NCBI GenBank assembly: GCA_965214335.1
Contig: CBDCBO010000012.1
Location: 88,759-152,758 of the forward strand
Direction of reading: 5' to 3'
Origin: Candidatus Velthaea sp.
Lineage (GTDB): Bacteria > Vulcanimicrobiota > Vulcanimicrobiia > Vulcanimicrobiales > Vulcanimicrobiaceae
DNA length: 64,000 bases
Part shown: piece after piece, positions 18,601 to 26,207 of the stretch
Position numbering within the stretch: the first letter of the stretch is position 1
Layout: each line of letters starts with the position of its first letter
Position numbers and translations under genes: made by a program
The notes under the pieces: model-generated
What the model was told of the DNA's origin: nothing
The model's database searches: none
What the model saw: the letters and a program-made list of their open reading frames with translations, nothing else

Positions 18601-19074
18601 CTGATCGGGTTGAAAGGCGCTGGTGAGCGAGCGGCTTTTGGCTCGCACGGTCGCGATCGTCTTGAGCGGCCGATCCAGCTTGAGATCGACCCGATATGTT
18701 TCATTCTGCGTAACGGTCGCCCCGGATAATACGAAGGTCGCATATCCGGCGTGCGCGACACTGATCGTATAGGTGTCGACCGAAACGCCGGCCAACGCGA
18801 ATGAGCCGCGCTCGTCCGTTTGCACGGTATACCGATCGGAGCCAGAGGCGGCCGTGATCGTCGCGTGCGCCACCGGCAACCGCGTATAGGTATCGACGAT
18901 GGTGCCGGCAATTTGTCCGGTGGTCGCCGCCCGTGCCGGCTGCACTCCGCACACGACAACGTGCAACGCGAAAATACCCGCGATGAGGATCGACGGCAGA
19001 CGTGCGCGCCGGTGATACCAGAACCGCCCGAGTCGCAACCTACCGGGCAACGGCGGGGCCGCCGGCAAGAACAT
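15673..19074 (-). CDS. TonB-dependent receptor-like outer-membrane protein with an N-terminal carboxypeptidase-regulatory-like domain
   Basis: Sequence TGQIAGTIVDTYTRLPVAHATITAASGSDRYTVQTDERGSFALAGVSVDTYTISV is a CarboxypepD_reg domain. A plug-like segment LLSELPSVTIDKNGTALIRGG follows. About 900 aa of Gly/Tyr/Asn-rich barrel region complete the protein. Start at ATG 19074 or 19119. Confidence 0.8.
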   Translation of the reverse strand: MFLPAAPPLPGRLRLGRFWYHRRARLPSILIAGIFALHVVVCGVQPARAATTGQIAGTIVDTYTRLPVAHATITAASGSDRYTVQTDERGSFALAGVSVDTYTISVAHAGYATFVLSGATVTQNETYRVDLKLDRPLKTIATVRAKSRSLTSAFQPDQTVDRITVNAAAIEQLLGKTFNTNAKELLSELPSVTIDKNGTALIRGGTSFEGGFEFENIDYNEPNRSLSDRFQNLGSNYLLNGVGSIEIIPGGGDATHGNTGTGLISATAKRGTFPGFANFDLEQTTITVGGQRGFEWGTATRNGRLSNYMSFTAEDTTFAYGPYGINAASIAADPTTIDPAQSTLFASADRRIFTTAFFNKSHQDSRDFLDNLVYKFGHDNAQSIQLFGQSQVVHEGLDFGGYGLLAAVPQEFFFLNNPLVNPTGSTNQSLTGLFGASGSPSGLTNDGQAFVNRFVTPVHGAVPGQQLSAPESIDSPFGAYKIEYDNNLNATTVLKLRGFRTDNSASEELPSQGLYVPQSGGIRRGVAFDVTKALGTKHTLQLGGQYEFVHPFGEQINYIDYTGAYEGNYETLSSTINFGARTHDILADFVTPQPVVLNASGQIVGGTPGCVGAVLATGGIYVPNRISIPQENCGYLNKFFPGGAPALPPEVETPTANQQSYSLYAQDTFAPNARLKVLAALRLDGYNFLIPDDPLNPPAVDGLRHQRLYEPHGGIAYRLGSHDALRLNFGRTLSIPLPTFIGNNIDPSAFAAFAKIPSYDSVTGKAATYCGPGQPTTILGNTYVLGNQTCTSYGQQLYWLIRNARYAQQSEITYPLQGASFTNYDFSYSHEFRTGAAVKVTPFYRRGYNIVETSQSLLGIDTTTGTQQLSPPVQSNLGIQSATGLEFQATTPLKPTGLTGTFSATYINQIGNDPPGDYLPTASVQQGLLYHSPTLAPFQSTLALTYRTRGGLRINPIFTLKSGYPYGAGTYEAFNVNGVPVYIPYSNALFLNGYSNVLASGAVNPQNPGSVTSPNLAATRGLESALSGPGSLLSHPTLNTDLTIEMTPPGGKYGVTYGVAFTNLFDNVASVPLANFTLDCQLVTTGLCASSGAPSVSDTFHGAQQTVGSSAKPYIVYPNQAPIAVRVYVQVAL

Positions 19075-19559
19075 GCGAGAATGAGACACGTGTTTGACAC
19101 GGCCTTTCGATATCGTCATGCAATAAAACAGTGCAACCTCGCGAACACGGGGCAGCACTTAAAATCTTTACATCCCAAGCTTATCGTAACGTTAACCCGA
19201 GCCGAAAACGACAGATTTCTTGGGCCGTCGTCGGCGCACAATTGTTTTGAGTTGTAGCGTCGCTCCCAACGCCGTCTCGATCACGCCCAGGCGTTTACTA
19301 GGCAGCAGTCGGTTACCATCATGTCGACGCCCAATTAAATTTAGGCGCTCGACTGCGACTCTATGCGAGCGCAGGTGTGAAGTAGTGTCGAGTGTTTGCG
19401 AGCTATCATTAATGCGAATCTTCGGTTCAGCGCAGAATCATTTTGAATGAGTCGATAACTTTAAGCTAACCATAAACGTACGAACGGCCGGGCATGCGTA
19501 TAATAACCGCGGCGCCTCACCACTGGCGACGCACCTCATTCATTTCAACAGGAGCAGGT

Positions 19560-20999
19560 ATGAAAAAGACCGCTTTTCGGCGTTTGCTTCAAACGTCGAT
19601 TCCCGCGGCGCTGATCGCGACGGCAACGATCGCCGATGCCGCGTCCATTACGCCGCTTTCGCATGCACCGTTTATCGCAGGCCCCGCAATCGGCGCACGG
19701 CCCGTGCTCACTCGTCCCAACGGCTTCCTTCGCCGCTTCGCGAACAGCACACCGCGCACGACATTCGTCGCCGGCGGTGCAACGTTACCGGCGCTGGCGT
19801 ATGTCGGCGGCAATGCGCTCACGCAAAATCCGGCACTGCCGGCGAGCGGCTCGATTTTCGCAGAATTCGCGACGTTGACCGGCGTTACGACGCAGTATTG
19901 CCAAACCGGCAGCGGCTTCGGCAAGCGCGTTTTTGACGGCGACGGCACCACTGGCGGTGTGAACGGCGCCTGCGCCGCACTCGGCACGTCGCCCGGCGCG
20001 ACGAACGGTTTCGGTGCGCCCGCTTCGCTCGGACTGACCGATCCCGATGTCACCGGTTCCGACGCTCCGCTGTCGCAAGGCGAATACACCAACTTTGTAA
20101 ATTTCCGTTCCGCAGCGCGCGGCGAAGCGGTCGAAGAACCCTCGATCATCGGCTCGGTCGCACTGCTCTACAACAATCCCGATCTCGCCGGAACGCAGAT
20201 CAGCCTTACGAGCGCGCAGATCTGCTCGATTTACGAAGGCAAGATCACCAACTGGAGCCAGCTCGGCAGAAAAGCACGTGCGCTTTTAGTAGCCTATCGT
20301 TCCGACGGTAGCGGCACGACGTTCGCGTTCTCGAATCATCTGTTGGCAACATGCCCCGGCTCGGGCCTCAACACCAGCCAAAACTTCACCGGCGCAACGC
20401 CGCCTAACGTCCCAGTATTCCCGGGAACGCTGCCGGCGAATTTCGGCGGTTTCTCCGGCAACGTTGGCGTAACGCAGGGCATCGTCGCCAACGCCGGCAC
20501 GATCGGTTATGTCGAAGCCGCGAATGCCAAGTCGGCTGTCGGCGGTGCGTTGCAATACGCCAAAGTCAACAATACCGACCCAATCAAAGACCTGCCGCAA
20601 ACCGCCCAAAATTATGTCTACAACGCATCGACTATTACCCTCGATGCGGCAGTCGTGACGACCGGCGGCCCGGCAACAACGAGCCCGCTGACCGGCGTTT
20701 CACGGTCCGGCTGCGTCTATCTCGCCGTTCCGCAAGCCTACGCGAATATCACCAAAGGCTACCCGATCATCGCGGTCACGAATTTCCTGTTCTCGTCGGC
20801 CGGCAACGGAGCCACGAACGCAACGAACCTGCAAAAGCTCGTTATGGAAGTGAACACCCCGACGCTGTTCGGTTCGGCAATCACCACCGTTGATAAACCA
20901 AGCCGCGCCAAAGGCACCGGCCTCACCGGTTACGCCGCGTTGGGCAAATCGTTCAACGCGCCGCTCATCGCCGGCGCCAAGAACTGCATCGGCGTCTAG
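19560..20999 (+). CDS. PstS-family (PBP_like_2) phosphate-binding-protein-like secreted protein, paralog 1
   Basis: These blocks align by eye to E. coli PstS: GGATLPALAY, YCQTGSGFGKRVF, GSDAPLS, IGSVALLYN, ICSIYEGKITNWSQLG, YRSDGSGTTFAFSNHL, GTIGYVEAANAK, GYPIIAVTNFLF. AGGAG lies upstream of ATG 19560. Sec signal present. Confidence 0.8.
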   Translation: MKKTAFRRLLQTSIPAALIATATIADAASITPLSHAPFIAGPAIGARPVLTRPNGFLRRFANSTPRTTFVAGGATLPALAYVGGNALTQNPALPASGSIFAEFATLTGVTTQYCQTGSGFGKRVFDGDGTTGGVNGACAALGTSPGATNGFGAPASLGLTDPDVTGSDAPLSQGEYTNFVNFRSAARGEAVEEPSIIGSVALLYNNPDLAGTQISLTSAQICSIYEGKITNWSQLGRKARALLVAYRSDGSGTTFAFSNHLLATCPGSGLNTSQNFTGATPPNVPVFPGTLPANFGGFSGNVGVTQGIVANAGTIGYVEAANAKSAVGGALQYAKVNNTDPIKDLPQTAQNYVYNASTITLDAAVVTTGGPATTSPLTGVSRSGCVYLAVPQAYANITKGYPIIAVTNFLFSSAGNGATNATNLQKLVMEVNTPTLFGSAITTVDKPSRAKGTGLTGYAALGKSFNAPLIAGAKNCIGV

Positions 21000-21021
21000 C
21001 GCTTCTTCCCAACTCAATGCG

Positions 21022-21052
21022 GGGCACGCGAATATTCGCGTGCCCTTTTTTT
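21022..21052 (+). terminator. rho-independent terminator after PstS-like paralog 1
   Basis: GGGCACGCGAATATTCGCGTGCCC (10-bp perfect stem) is followed by TTTTTTT. Confidence 0.75.
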
Positions 21053-21216
21053 CTCATAATATACGCCGAGATTGGCAACAGTAAGACGACATCCGTGGTT
21101 CAAACGCGAGCACCTCGGAAACCTAATAACTCTGTTAACCATTCCATAAAGCTCTGAGGCGGATCGGAGATTGTCAACACTTATAGGCCATTTTGTTCAA
21201 TAGATTTGTGTAGTCG

Positions 21217-22155
21217 TCACGCGGCTTGAGATTGGTTGCCAACGTCGGTCGACGGCCGATTAATATACGATGCTGGGGCGAACTGCGGTGGTTTCGGACG
21301 TCCTTTAACGAACCGCTCCGGATGCGCAGCATATGCTGCGTCAAGTGAATTTTGACGGGATGTCTGCTTCGCTTCGACGCGGCCGTGGTGAACGTCGGAC
21401 GGCGTTAAGAGTGCGATGCCGCTATGGCGATGATCATAATTATACCAGTGAAAGAAGGCAAAACAGAACATGCGTGCTTCGACGATATTAGCAAACGTCT
21501 TGGGGAATTCCGGCTGGTATTTCGTGGTTTTGAAGAGCGACTCGATGTGCGGATTGTCGTTAGAAACGTGTGGCCGCGAATGACTTTTGGTTACGCCCAA
21601 ATCGGCGAGTAAAAACGCCAGTGGCTTAGAAGTCATCGAGCTTCCGCGGTCGGCTTGAATCGTGAGCTTCTTGGGATCGGCTCCTTGTTGTCGGATCGTT
21701 GTTTCGAGTAGCACCTTTGCAAGCTCCGAGCTTTCGCGATCGGCGATCAACCAGCCAACAACATAGCGGCTGTAGATGTCAACGACCGCATAAAGGTAGT
21801 AGTACGTCCATTTCTGCGGGCCGTGCAATTTGGTAATGTCCCAAGCGTAGACCTGATTCGGAGCTGTCGCGCAAAGCTCGGGCTTGACGTGCGCCGGGCG
21901 CGTTGCTTGATCTCGGCGATCGCCGACTTCGCCGACGCTCCGCAAGACGCGGTACATCGTCGAAATCGAGCCGTAGTATCGGTTTTCGTCCAAGAGAGTG
22001 GCGTAGATGTAGGACACACTGCGGTCGACAAAGCGCGCGTGATGTACGACATCAAGTAGTTCCTGACATTCAAATAACGTTAGTGCACGCGCGCAGAAGC
22101 GAGGACGTTTACCGCTATTGCGCGCATCTTGTCGCCGAGCCGCGCGCGATGGCAT
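21217..22155 (-). CDS. IS3-family transposase OrfB (rve/DDE integrase core)
   Basis: Contains YAWDITKL.., ..IQADRGSSMTS.., ..HSRPHVSNDNPHIESLFKTTKY and FFHWYNYDHRHSGI. The 312-aa frame is intact. Confidence 0.85.
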   Translation of the reverse strand: MPSRAARRQDARNSGKRPRFCARALTLFECQELLDVVHHARFVDRSVSYIYATLLDENRYYGSISTMYRVLRSVGEVGDRRDQATRPAHVKPELCATAPNQVYAWDITKLHGPQKWTYYYLYAVVDIYSRYVVGWLIADRESSELAKVLLETTIRQQGADPKKLTIQADRGSSMTSKPLAFLLADLGVTKSHSRPHVSNDNPHIESLFKTTKYQPEFPKTFANIVEARMFCFAFFHWYNYDHRHSGIALLTPSDVHHGRVEAKQTSRQNSLDAAYAAHPERFVKGRPKPPQFAPASYINRPSTDVGNQSQAA

Positions 22156-22175
22156 AGCCTCCGTAATGGCAGCGA

Positions 22176-22721
22176 CTATATCAATGGTTCAGGCTCGTCA
22201 GCAGCTGGTATGCTCTCAACGTACGGCAACGAACGTTTCTGATGCCGTTGAAAGCTTGCACGCGCAACCGCCATTTGGTTGCAAGCGTGCCGTTCGCCGA
22301 TTTCCGCTTTCAACTCGAGGACCGCTTGTTCCACGGCGGTAGATCCAGGATGTCCGCACTCTCGCCGGCACATGCGCGCAAGAGTGCGTAGACTTTTCCC
22401 TGGATGTCAATCACCCGTTCCGCCTTCTCGAGCTTGCGTTCGAGTTCGGCAATACGCTTTTGCGATCGCGTTACCTCGGCAGCTTCGGGATCGGGTTTTG
22501 GACCCCGACGAACGCTGAGCGCTCTGCCTAAACCTCGTTGTCTACGCCAGCTGTAAAGCAATGACGAGTAGATGCGTTCTCGCCGGAGCAGCGCCGCTCG
22601 CTCGATATCCGATGCGCCAATCATACGCATCAAGAATGCGGGCTTTCTCTGCAGCGGTGAAGCGTCCGCGGGTAGCCTTTGCCGGTACTTCTGAATTGGG
22701 AGTCGCCGGGCTGGGATTCAT
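22176..22721 (-). pseudogene. IS3 orfA plus the N-terminal part of orfAB, interrupted by non-programmed frame changes
   Basis: ATG 22721 gives MNPSPATPNSEVPAKATRGRFTAAEKARILDAYD. The conserved continuation GASDIERAALLRRERIYSSLLYSWRRQR is in the +1 frame. A second break occurs between ..VARASFQRHQKR.. (stop at 22176) and the orfB frame. Confidence 0.6.
22394..22400 (-). promoter_or_regulatory. candidate -1 ribosomal frameshift heptamer G GGA AAA of the IS
   Basis: In the orfA frame, CAG GGA AAA GTC fits X XXY YYZ. The -1 frame opens just upstream (after a TGA) and continues into the conserved orfAB middle region. Confidence 0.5.
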
Positions 22722-22778
22722 TTGCTATAACCTTTTTGCCCTCCAGTAATTACGTCCGCTAGATGGCCTCAGCTAACG

Positions 22779-22807
22779 TTGACACGGAGGGCATGCCGGC
22801 CTATAGT
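22779..22807 (+). promoter_or_regulatory. hybrid sigma70-like promoter: -35 TTGACA from the IS terminus, 17-nt spacer, resident -10 TATAGT
   Basis: TTGACA at 22779-22784 is the last 6 nt of the IS. The spacer is cggagggcatgccggcc (17 nt). TATAGT is at 22802-22807. The paralog 2 ATG is 49 nt downstream. Confidence 0.55.
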
Positions 22808-22855
22808 CATTTTTGAGATCACCAGCGACTTACGCGATGCATCGATAGGAGCGTT

Positions 22856-24283
22856 ATGAAAAACTTTTTCCGGCGCTTGCCTCAAACGTTGATTCCCACG
22901 GCGCTGATCGCGACGGCGACGGTTGCAGATGCCGCAAGCGTAACGCCGCTGTTGCATGCACCGATCGCTGCAACGCCTGCTATTGGCGCACGGCCGGCCC
23001 TTCTAGGCCGAAACGCCGCCGTTCGCCGTTCGGCGAACAGCACGCCGCGCACGACTTTCGTTGCCGGCGGCTCTACGCTACCGGCACTGGCGTATGTTGG
23101 TTTAAACGCACAGAAGGCTTTGCCGGTAAGTGGATCGATTTTCGGGGAATTTGCAGCACTGTCTGGTGTTACGACGCAGTATTGTCAAACCGGAAGCGGC
23201 TTTGGTAAACGCGTTTTTGACGGCGACGGAACAACCGGCGGCGTTAACGGCTACTGCCCTTTATTGAGCGAGCCACTCAACCCAAAGACGGGCTATGGTT
23301 CGCCCGCTGCCCTTGGTCTTACCGATCCCGATATCACCGGTTCCGACGCCCCGCTCTCACAAGGCGAATATACAAATTTCCGAAACTTTCGCTCAGCAAC
23401 GCGCGGCGAACCCGTTGAAATTCCTTCAATTATCGGCTCCATCGCACTCCTGTACAATAATCCCGACCTTGTCGGTGAACAAGTGAATTTGACTAGCAGT
23501 CAAGTATGCGCAATTTACGAAGGTCACGTCACAAATTGGAGCCAGTTAGGCAAAAGACCGCGTGCGCTTTTAGTAGCCTATCGATCGGATGGCAGCGGCA
23601 CAACGTTCGCATTCTCAAATCATCTTTCGGCGACATGCCCGAATTCAGGCCTTAACACCAGCCAAAACTTTACCGGCGCAACGTCGCCGAACGTTCCTGT
23701 TTTCATGGGGGCACTGCCGGCTAATTTCGGTGGTTCCTCAGGAACGGTCAGCATGACACATGCCATTCGTGATTATGCTGGGGCGATCGGTTATGTCGAA
23801 GCCGCGGATGCGAGATCAGCTGCCGGCGGTGCGGTGCAGTACGCCAAGGTCAATGAAATGGACCCAATTAAAGATCTGCCTCAAACGGCCCAAAAATTTG
23901 TGTACAACTCATCTACGATCCAGCAGGACGCGGCGGTCGTAACGACCGGTGGCCCGGCAACAACGAGTCCGTTGACCAGCGTTTCACGCGCCGGCTGCGT
24001 CTATCTCGCCGTTCCGCAAGCCTACGCGAATATCACCAAAGGGTACCCGATCATTGCGGTTAGCAACCTTCTTTTCTCGTCAGCCGGCAACGGAACGACG
24101 AACGCAACAAACCTCCAGCAGCTTGTGACCGAGGTGAACACTCCTACGCTGTTTGGCTCCGCAATCACCACGGTCGACAAGCCGACTCAGGCAAAAGGAA
24201 CTGGCCAAACGGGCTATAGTGCTCTCAATCAAACCTTAAACGCCCCTCTGACAGCGGCCGCTAAGAACTGCATCGGCGCATAG
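22856..24283 (+). CDS. PstS-family phosphate-binding-protein-like secreted protein, paralog 2
   Basis: 475 aa, collinear with paralog 1 and carrying the same PstS blocks (YRSDGSGTTFAFSNHL, GAIGYVEAADAR). AGGAG at 22847-22851. Third codon positions are more AT-rich than in paralog 1, by eye. Confidence 0.8.
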   Translation: MKNFFRRLPQTLIPTALIATATVADAASVTPLLHAPIAATPAIGARPALLGRNAAVRRSANSTPRTTFVAGGSTLPALAYVGLNAQKALPVSGSIFGEFAALSGVTTQYCQTGSGFGKRVFDGDGTTGGVNGYCPLLSEPLNPKTGYGSPAALGLTDPDITGSDAPLSQGEYTNFRNFRSATRGEPVEIPSIIGSIALLYNNPDLVGEQVNLTSSQVCAIYEGHVTNWSQLGKRPRALLVAYRSDGSGTTFAFSNHLSATCPNSGLNTSQNFTGATSPNVPVFMGALPANFGGSSGTVSMTHAIRDYAGAIGYVEAADARSAAGGAVQYAKVNEMDPIKDLPQTAQKFVYNSSTIQQDAAVVTTGGPATTSPLTSVSRAGCVYLAVPQAYANITKGYPIIAVSNLLFSSAGNGTTNATNLQQLVTEVNTPTLFGSAITTVDKPTQAKGTGQTGYSALNQTLNAPLTAAAKNCIGA

Positions 24284-24304
24284 CGTTTCCTGCACAAAAG
24301 ACGA

Positions 24305-24337
24305 GGGAAGCTCGGCTGACACGAGCCTCCTTTGTTT
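24305..24337 (+). terminator. possible terminator hairpin after paralog 2
   Basis: GGGAAGCTCG-gctgaca-CGAGCCTCC (one mismatch) is followed by TTTGTTT. Confidence 0.45.
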
Positions 24338-24372
24338 ACATCTGAACCTATGACGCCGGCGATGCATCGCCT

Positions 24373-25845
24373 TTAAGCGTCATTATCTTGCTGCCAAAGA
24401 TCGGCCATCCAGCGTTCGACTGCGTCTGGTTCGCGCGGCAGGGCCGCACTGAGCACGCGATGACCGTCGACCGTAACGAGCAGGTCGTCTTCGATGCGAA
24501 CGCCGATGCCGCGATAGCGCTCCGGCACGGTGAGATCGTCGGGTTGAAAATACAAGCCCGGCTCGACGGTCAGCACCATGCCGGCGGCGAGTTTCCCGTA
24601 CTTATACGTCTCTTTGCGCGCCGCCGCGCAATCGTGCACGTCTAAGCCCAGCATATGACTGACGTTGTGCAGCGAGTAGCGTTTATAAAACATGTTCGTG
24701 TCGCGCAGCGCTTCGGTAGCGCTCATCGACAAAATACCGAGCCGTTCCAAACCGTGCGCCAGCACATGCATCGCGGCCCGATTCGGTTCCATAAAATCGT
24801 TACCCGGCCGGCAGGCCGCGAACCCCGCATCTTGAGCTGCTAAAACCAGGGTGTAGATCTCGCGTTGCTCGGCGCTAAAGCGGCCACCGATCGGAATGGT
24901 GCGCGTAATGTCCGCGGTATATAAGGTGTTGGCCTCAACGCCCGCATCGAGCAGCAGCAACTCATCGCGTCGCAAGACGCCGTTGTTGGCGGTCCAGTGC
25001 AGCGTGCAGGCGTGAGCACCCGAGGCGGCAATCGTTCCATAACCGACATCGTTGCCTTCGACCCGCGCGCGTAGATGAAAGACGCCCTCGACCCAGCGTT
25101 CGGTCGTCGCGGCCGGCAACGCGCGCACGACATCTTCGAAGCCGCGTTGGGTCGCGTCGATCGCCGCTTGCAGTTCGGCGACTTCGGCGTCGTCTTTGAT
25201 GAGCCGCAATTCGGACAGCGCGGCGGCGAACGCCGCATCGCGTTCGTCTTGCACGGGCAGTATCGCCTCGATTTGGGGATCGATTCCGCGCAGCAAGCGG
25301 AACGGACGCGGCGCATCTTCGCGATTGAGCACCTTGAGATCGTCGAGCACCTGCGGCAGCGGCCGCGCGCCGATCGCGAAACGGGCGGCACTTTCGAGCA
25401 CGCCGAGCCGCGGGCCGACCCACAATTCACCTTTCGCGCGATCGGTAAAGAACGTCGCATCGGTTTTGCCCGGATTGGGCTCGACGTACAATGCCGCCTC
25501 ATGCTCGTCGGCCTGCGGCGTCAGCACCAGCACCCCGTCGGGCTCGAGGTTGCCGGTTAAATAGTAAAAATCGGTACCCGGACGAAAGCGATACGTCGTG
25601 TCGTTGGCGCGCACTTTCTCATGCCCGGTCGGCACGACAAGCACCTCGCCCGGAAAAAGCCGTGCCAGCGCCGCCCGGCGCGCCTGGAACCGTTCGGCGC
25701 CGTCGATAGGCTCGGGCACGCCGGACTTGGGCGCCCACTGCGTTACCATGAAGGCCAGCAAGCCGGCCGGCGGGGCATCGTCGTACGTCGTCGTTGGCGG
25801 AAGATCGGGCGCCACCGGCCCGGCGTCGTTCGCTATGTCAGCCAT
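24373..25845 (-). CDS. Xaa-Pro aminopeptidase (M24B, AMP_N + peptidase_M24)
   Basis: Contains YRFRPGTDFYYLTG, DAGVEANTLYTADITRT, HNVSHMLGLDVHD, VLTVEPGLY and GVRIEDDLLVT. Internal ATG at 25845 is used (MADIANDAG..). The upstream 97 residues of the track ORF are Arg-rich. Confidence 0.8.
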   Translation of the reverse strand: MADIANDAGPVAPDLPPTTTYDDAPPAGLLAFMVTQWAPKSGVPEPIDGAERFQARRAALARLFPGEVLVVPTGHEKVRANDTTYRFRPGTDFYYLTGNLEPDGVLVLTPQADEHEAALYVEPNPGKTDATFFTDRAKGELWVGPRLGVLESAARFAIGARPLPQVLDDLKVLNREDAPRPFRLLRGIDPQIEAILPVQDERDAAFAAALSELRLIKDDAEVAELQAAIDATQRGFEDVVRALPAATTERWVEGVFHLRARVEGNDVGYGTIAASGAHACTLHWTANNGVLRRDELLLLDAGVEANTLYTADITRTIPIGGRFSAEQREIYTLVLAAQDAGFAACRPGNDFMEPNRAAMHVLAHGLERLGILSMSATEALRDTNMFYKRYSLHNVSHMLGLDVHDCAAARKETYKYGKLAAGMVLTVEPGLYFQPDDLTVPERYRGIGVRIEDDLLVTVDGHRVLSAALPREPDAVERWMADLWQQDNDA

Positions 25846-25946
25846 CCCGCCGACTTCGCGCCGGCGCGAATCCACCCCCGGGTAGCGGGCCCGTACCGGC
25901 GCTCGGGCGGAGGTGATTGCGGCTATGCCGTCTGACGGTGGAGTCG

Positions 25947-26207
25947 ATGGATAATCGCCAATCAGCAACGCCGCCCCACCCGCCCTACGATGAACTGCGC
26001 GCGGCGCTGGGCGATCAGACCGAAGGCCATTCGGCGCTCGACGACCTGCACACCGCCCTGCACGCATCCGAACCGCAGGGAGCCCACGTTCGATCCTCGG
26101 TCGATCGCTTACGCACGATTCCGGTGCTCGAAGCACGCATCGCTAACTGGTGGGATGCGCCGAGCACGCAGCATTGGCTCAAGATGCTGAACGACGCGGG
26201 ATTGTAG
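25947..26207 (+). CDS. small hypothetical protein (possibly DUF4404-like)
   Basis: ATG 25947 is preceded by GGTGGAG. The 86-aa helical product is MDNRQSATPPHPPYDELRAALGDQ..HWLKMLNDAGL. Family assignment is tentative. Confidence 0.4.
   Translation: MDNRQSATPPHPPYDELRAALGDQTEGHSALDDLHTALHASEPQGAHVRSSVDRLRTIPVLEARIANWWDAPSTQHWLKMLNDAGL

Larger units (their letters stand above)
21172..22784 (-). mobile_element. IS3-family insertion sequence (~1.6 kb); orfA/orfAB apparently disrupted
   Basis: Imperfect terminal inverted repeats: TGTCAACACTTATAGGCCAT (left) versus reverse-complemented right end TGTCAACGTTAGCTGAGGCCAT. Inside are orfA, a G GGA AAA slippery site and a DDE orfB. CGGAG occurs on both flanks but is offset by 2 nt on the left, so the target duplication is not clean. 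Confidence 0.7.

Noticed and set aside
19159-19559. Pho box or B12 riboswitch in the divergent receptor/PstS-like intergenic region
   Set aside because: No CTGTCAT-type direct repeats and no B12-box context were seen. Only an isolated CCACTGG is present. A TATAAT at 19499-19504 is plausible as a -10 but lacks a good -35.
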